Shown piece after piece: positions 7,594 through 8,803 of a stretch of DNA of 8,803 nucleotides; position 1 is the first letter of the stretch; every line of letters starts with the position of its first letter. The notes beneath the pieces were generated by a model. The model was not told where the DNA came from and made no database searches. It saw nothing but the letters and a program-made list of their open reading frames with translations. A program made the position numbers and the translations under genes. Source of the stretch: Octopus sinensis (taxonomy: Eukaryota); assembly GCF_006345805.1 (NCBI RefSeq), contig NW_021828332.1, positions 1 to 8,803 on the forward strand. Direction: 5' to 3'.

Positions 7594-7971
7594 TGGTACT
7601 AGTTGTATATTTAATTATATATATTTAAGTATTTTGCTATATATTTAATGGCAGTACATGATAAAAAGTTCTACTGTGTTTAAATTGTGTGTAGCAAGCT
7701 TTTTGGCCAAGCTTTCAAGTAATGGCTTGACTCCTAAAAATAGTGGACAAATTTGTTTCATATCACTTCTTCATTAAAGACGAAATTGTGCTACCTGGAA
7801 AGCCTTTACTAAAAGGTCTTTTGAGGTAAGGCTGCCTTGCTATACAATACCCACTTTCTAGCCTAAGTGGAACAATACGGAAGCCGTATATCACCGGTGT
7901 ATAACACCCTACCGGCTGGAAAACAAGAGAAATTGTTGAGTAATGTAGTCCGTGACAGGGCTTGTAAAAGT

Positions 7972-8009
7972 GGTTCGACTCCCAGAGAACCAAAGAAGGG
8001 CAAGGTCTT
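7972..8009 (+). other. Isolated Pol III B-box, possible decayed tRNA-SINE head
   Basis: Perfect B-box GGTTCGACTCC (7972-7982) followed by GGGCAAGGTCTT (7998-8009), which resembles the SINE core GGGCAAGTGTCTT. There is no convincing A-box. Confidence 0.3.
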
Positions 8010-8803
8010 ATGGAAATCTTACATGCTCCAGCCCTCAAAAAGAAAATACATAAATAATAAAAATACATATTTGTATTTTGAGAAAACTACGTCCACTCTG
8101 CTTTGAAAGTTTTCTATCGAGAGCTGTGATTCTTGGTAACTGTCTAAGTAAGAAAAAAAATAATAATAATAAAATAGAATAAAAATAAAAATAAGCCAGT
8201 CTGAAATGCCTTTAATCGTAAGTTTGCTTAGTCGGGCTTGATAAGGGGTGAACAACAAAAATAATAGCATAAATAGAAATCAGAGACTGTATAGGTTAGA
8301 CGAGTCATTCAAAGAAGACATTTATAAAGTGCTAAATCTAAGTTATATATGTTTATAAGGTTGTGTTGTAGTTGTTCAGTTCCTTGTCAACCATGAATGA
8401 TGAAGGCGGTCCAGTTATGACCATTCCGACATGCTCTGATTAGAGCATGTCTTTCTTACAAGTAATCCAAGGCATTTTTCCTAGTGTCACACACAGTCTT
8501 TCCTGACCTCTTTTATAGAAAGAATACTGGACAGAGGTTGTAAGTCAAGTGACTGACGACTCTCGTCTCTTTACCCAGAAACGTGCTGCCTTCATTTCCT
8601 GTCATGTTTTCTTTATTTTATTTCATTCGATTATATATTCTGCCGCTAACACAATAACCTCTGCTCATCAGAGCTTGCTGGATTTGTGCTACCATCCCTT
8701 AGACACTCTCGGTTATCTGACTTCATCCTTTCAGTCCCCTTATGATGACCCAAGCACTGTACAAAATGCTGTACTCAGTATTTTCTACCCCAAATATTAA
8801 TCC

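Noticed and set aside
8397-8436. ATGATGAAGGCGG..GGTC/GACC..CCGACATG, a hammerhead-like relic
   Set aside because: C3 and the GAAA box are missing, and stems I and III cannot be drawn.
8552-8590. CTGACGA...GAAAC, a third hammerhead candidate
   Set aside because: No stem II pairing, no stem I complement and no valid NUH triplet.
7763-8800. ORFs at 7763-8068, 7867-8106, 8019-8270 and 8549-8800
   Set aside because: They are 79-101 aa, overlap on opposite strands, have no recognisable motifs, and several start at non-ATG codons.

Overview
Eukaryotic, AT-rich, non-coding DNA made mostly of microsatellites and interspersed repeats. The repeat families resemble those I recall from Octopus (coleoid cephalopod) genomes; that assignment is recognition from memory, not a database result. 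I find no intact protein-coding gene. Nearly all long ORFs in the track are microsatellite read-through (VCVC, YIYI, poly-E/R/F); the exception, 760-945, is a decayed LINE remnant. Supported content: (1) a decayed CR1/L2-type LINE reverse-transcriptase fragment whose frame is restored exactly by removing a 220-bp piggyBac-like MITE with a TTAG target duplication; (2) a tRNA-derived SINE and three pieces of other SINEs; (3) a ~437-bp spacerless fold-back palindrome; (4) a Tc2-like MITE with 25-bp TIRs carrying a nested non-autonomous Helitron; (5) two type I hammerhead-ribozyme motifs of the Penelope-like kind, back to back on opposite strands at 6765-6812 (-, two core mutations) and 7058-7135 (+, core intact). 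The hammerheads are the most interesting signal. An unexplained cluster of AGCCCGAGT motifs at 1734-2161 comes next.
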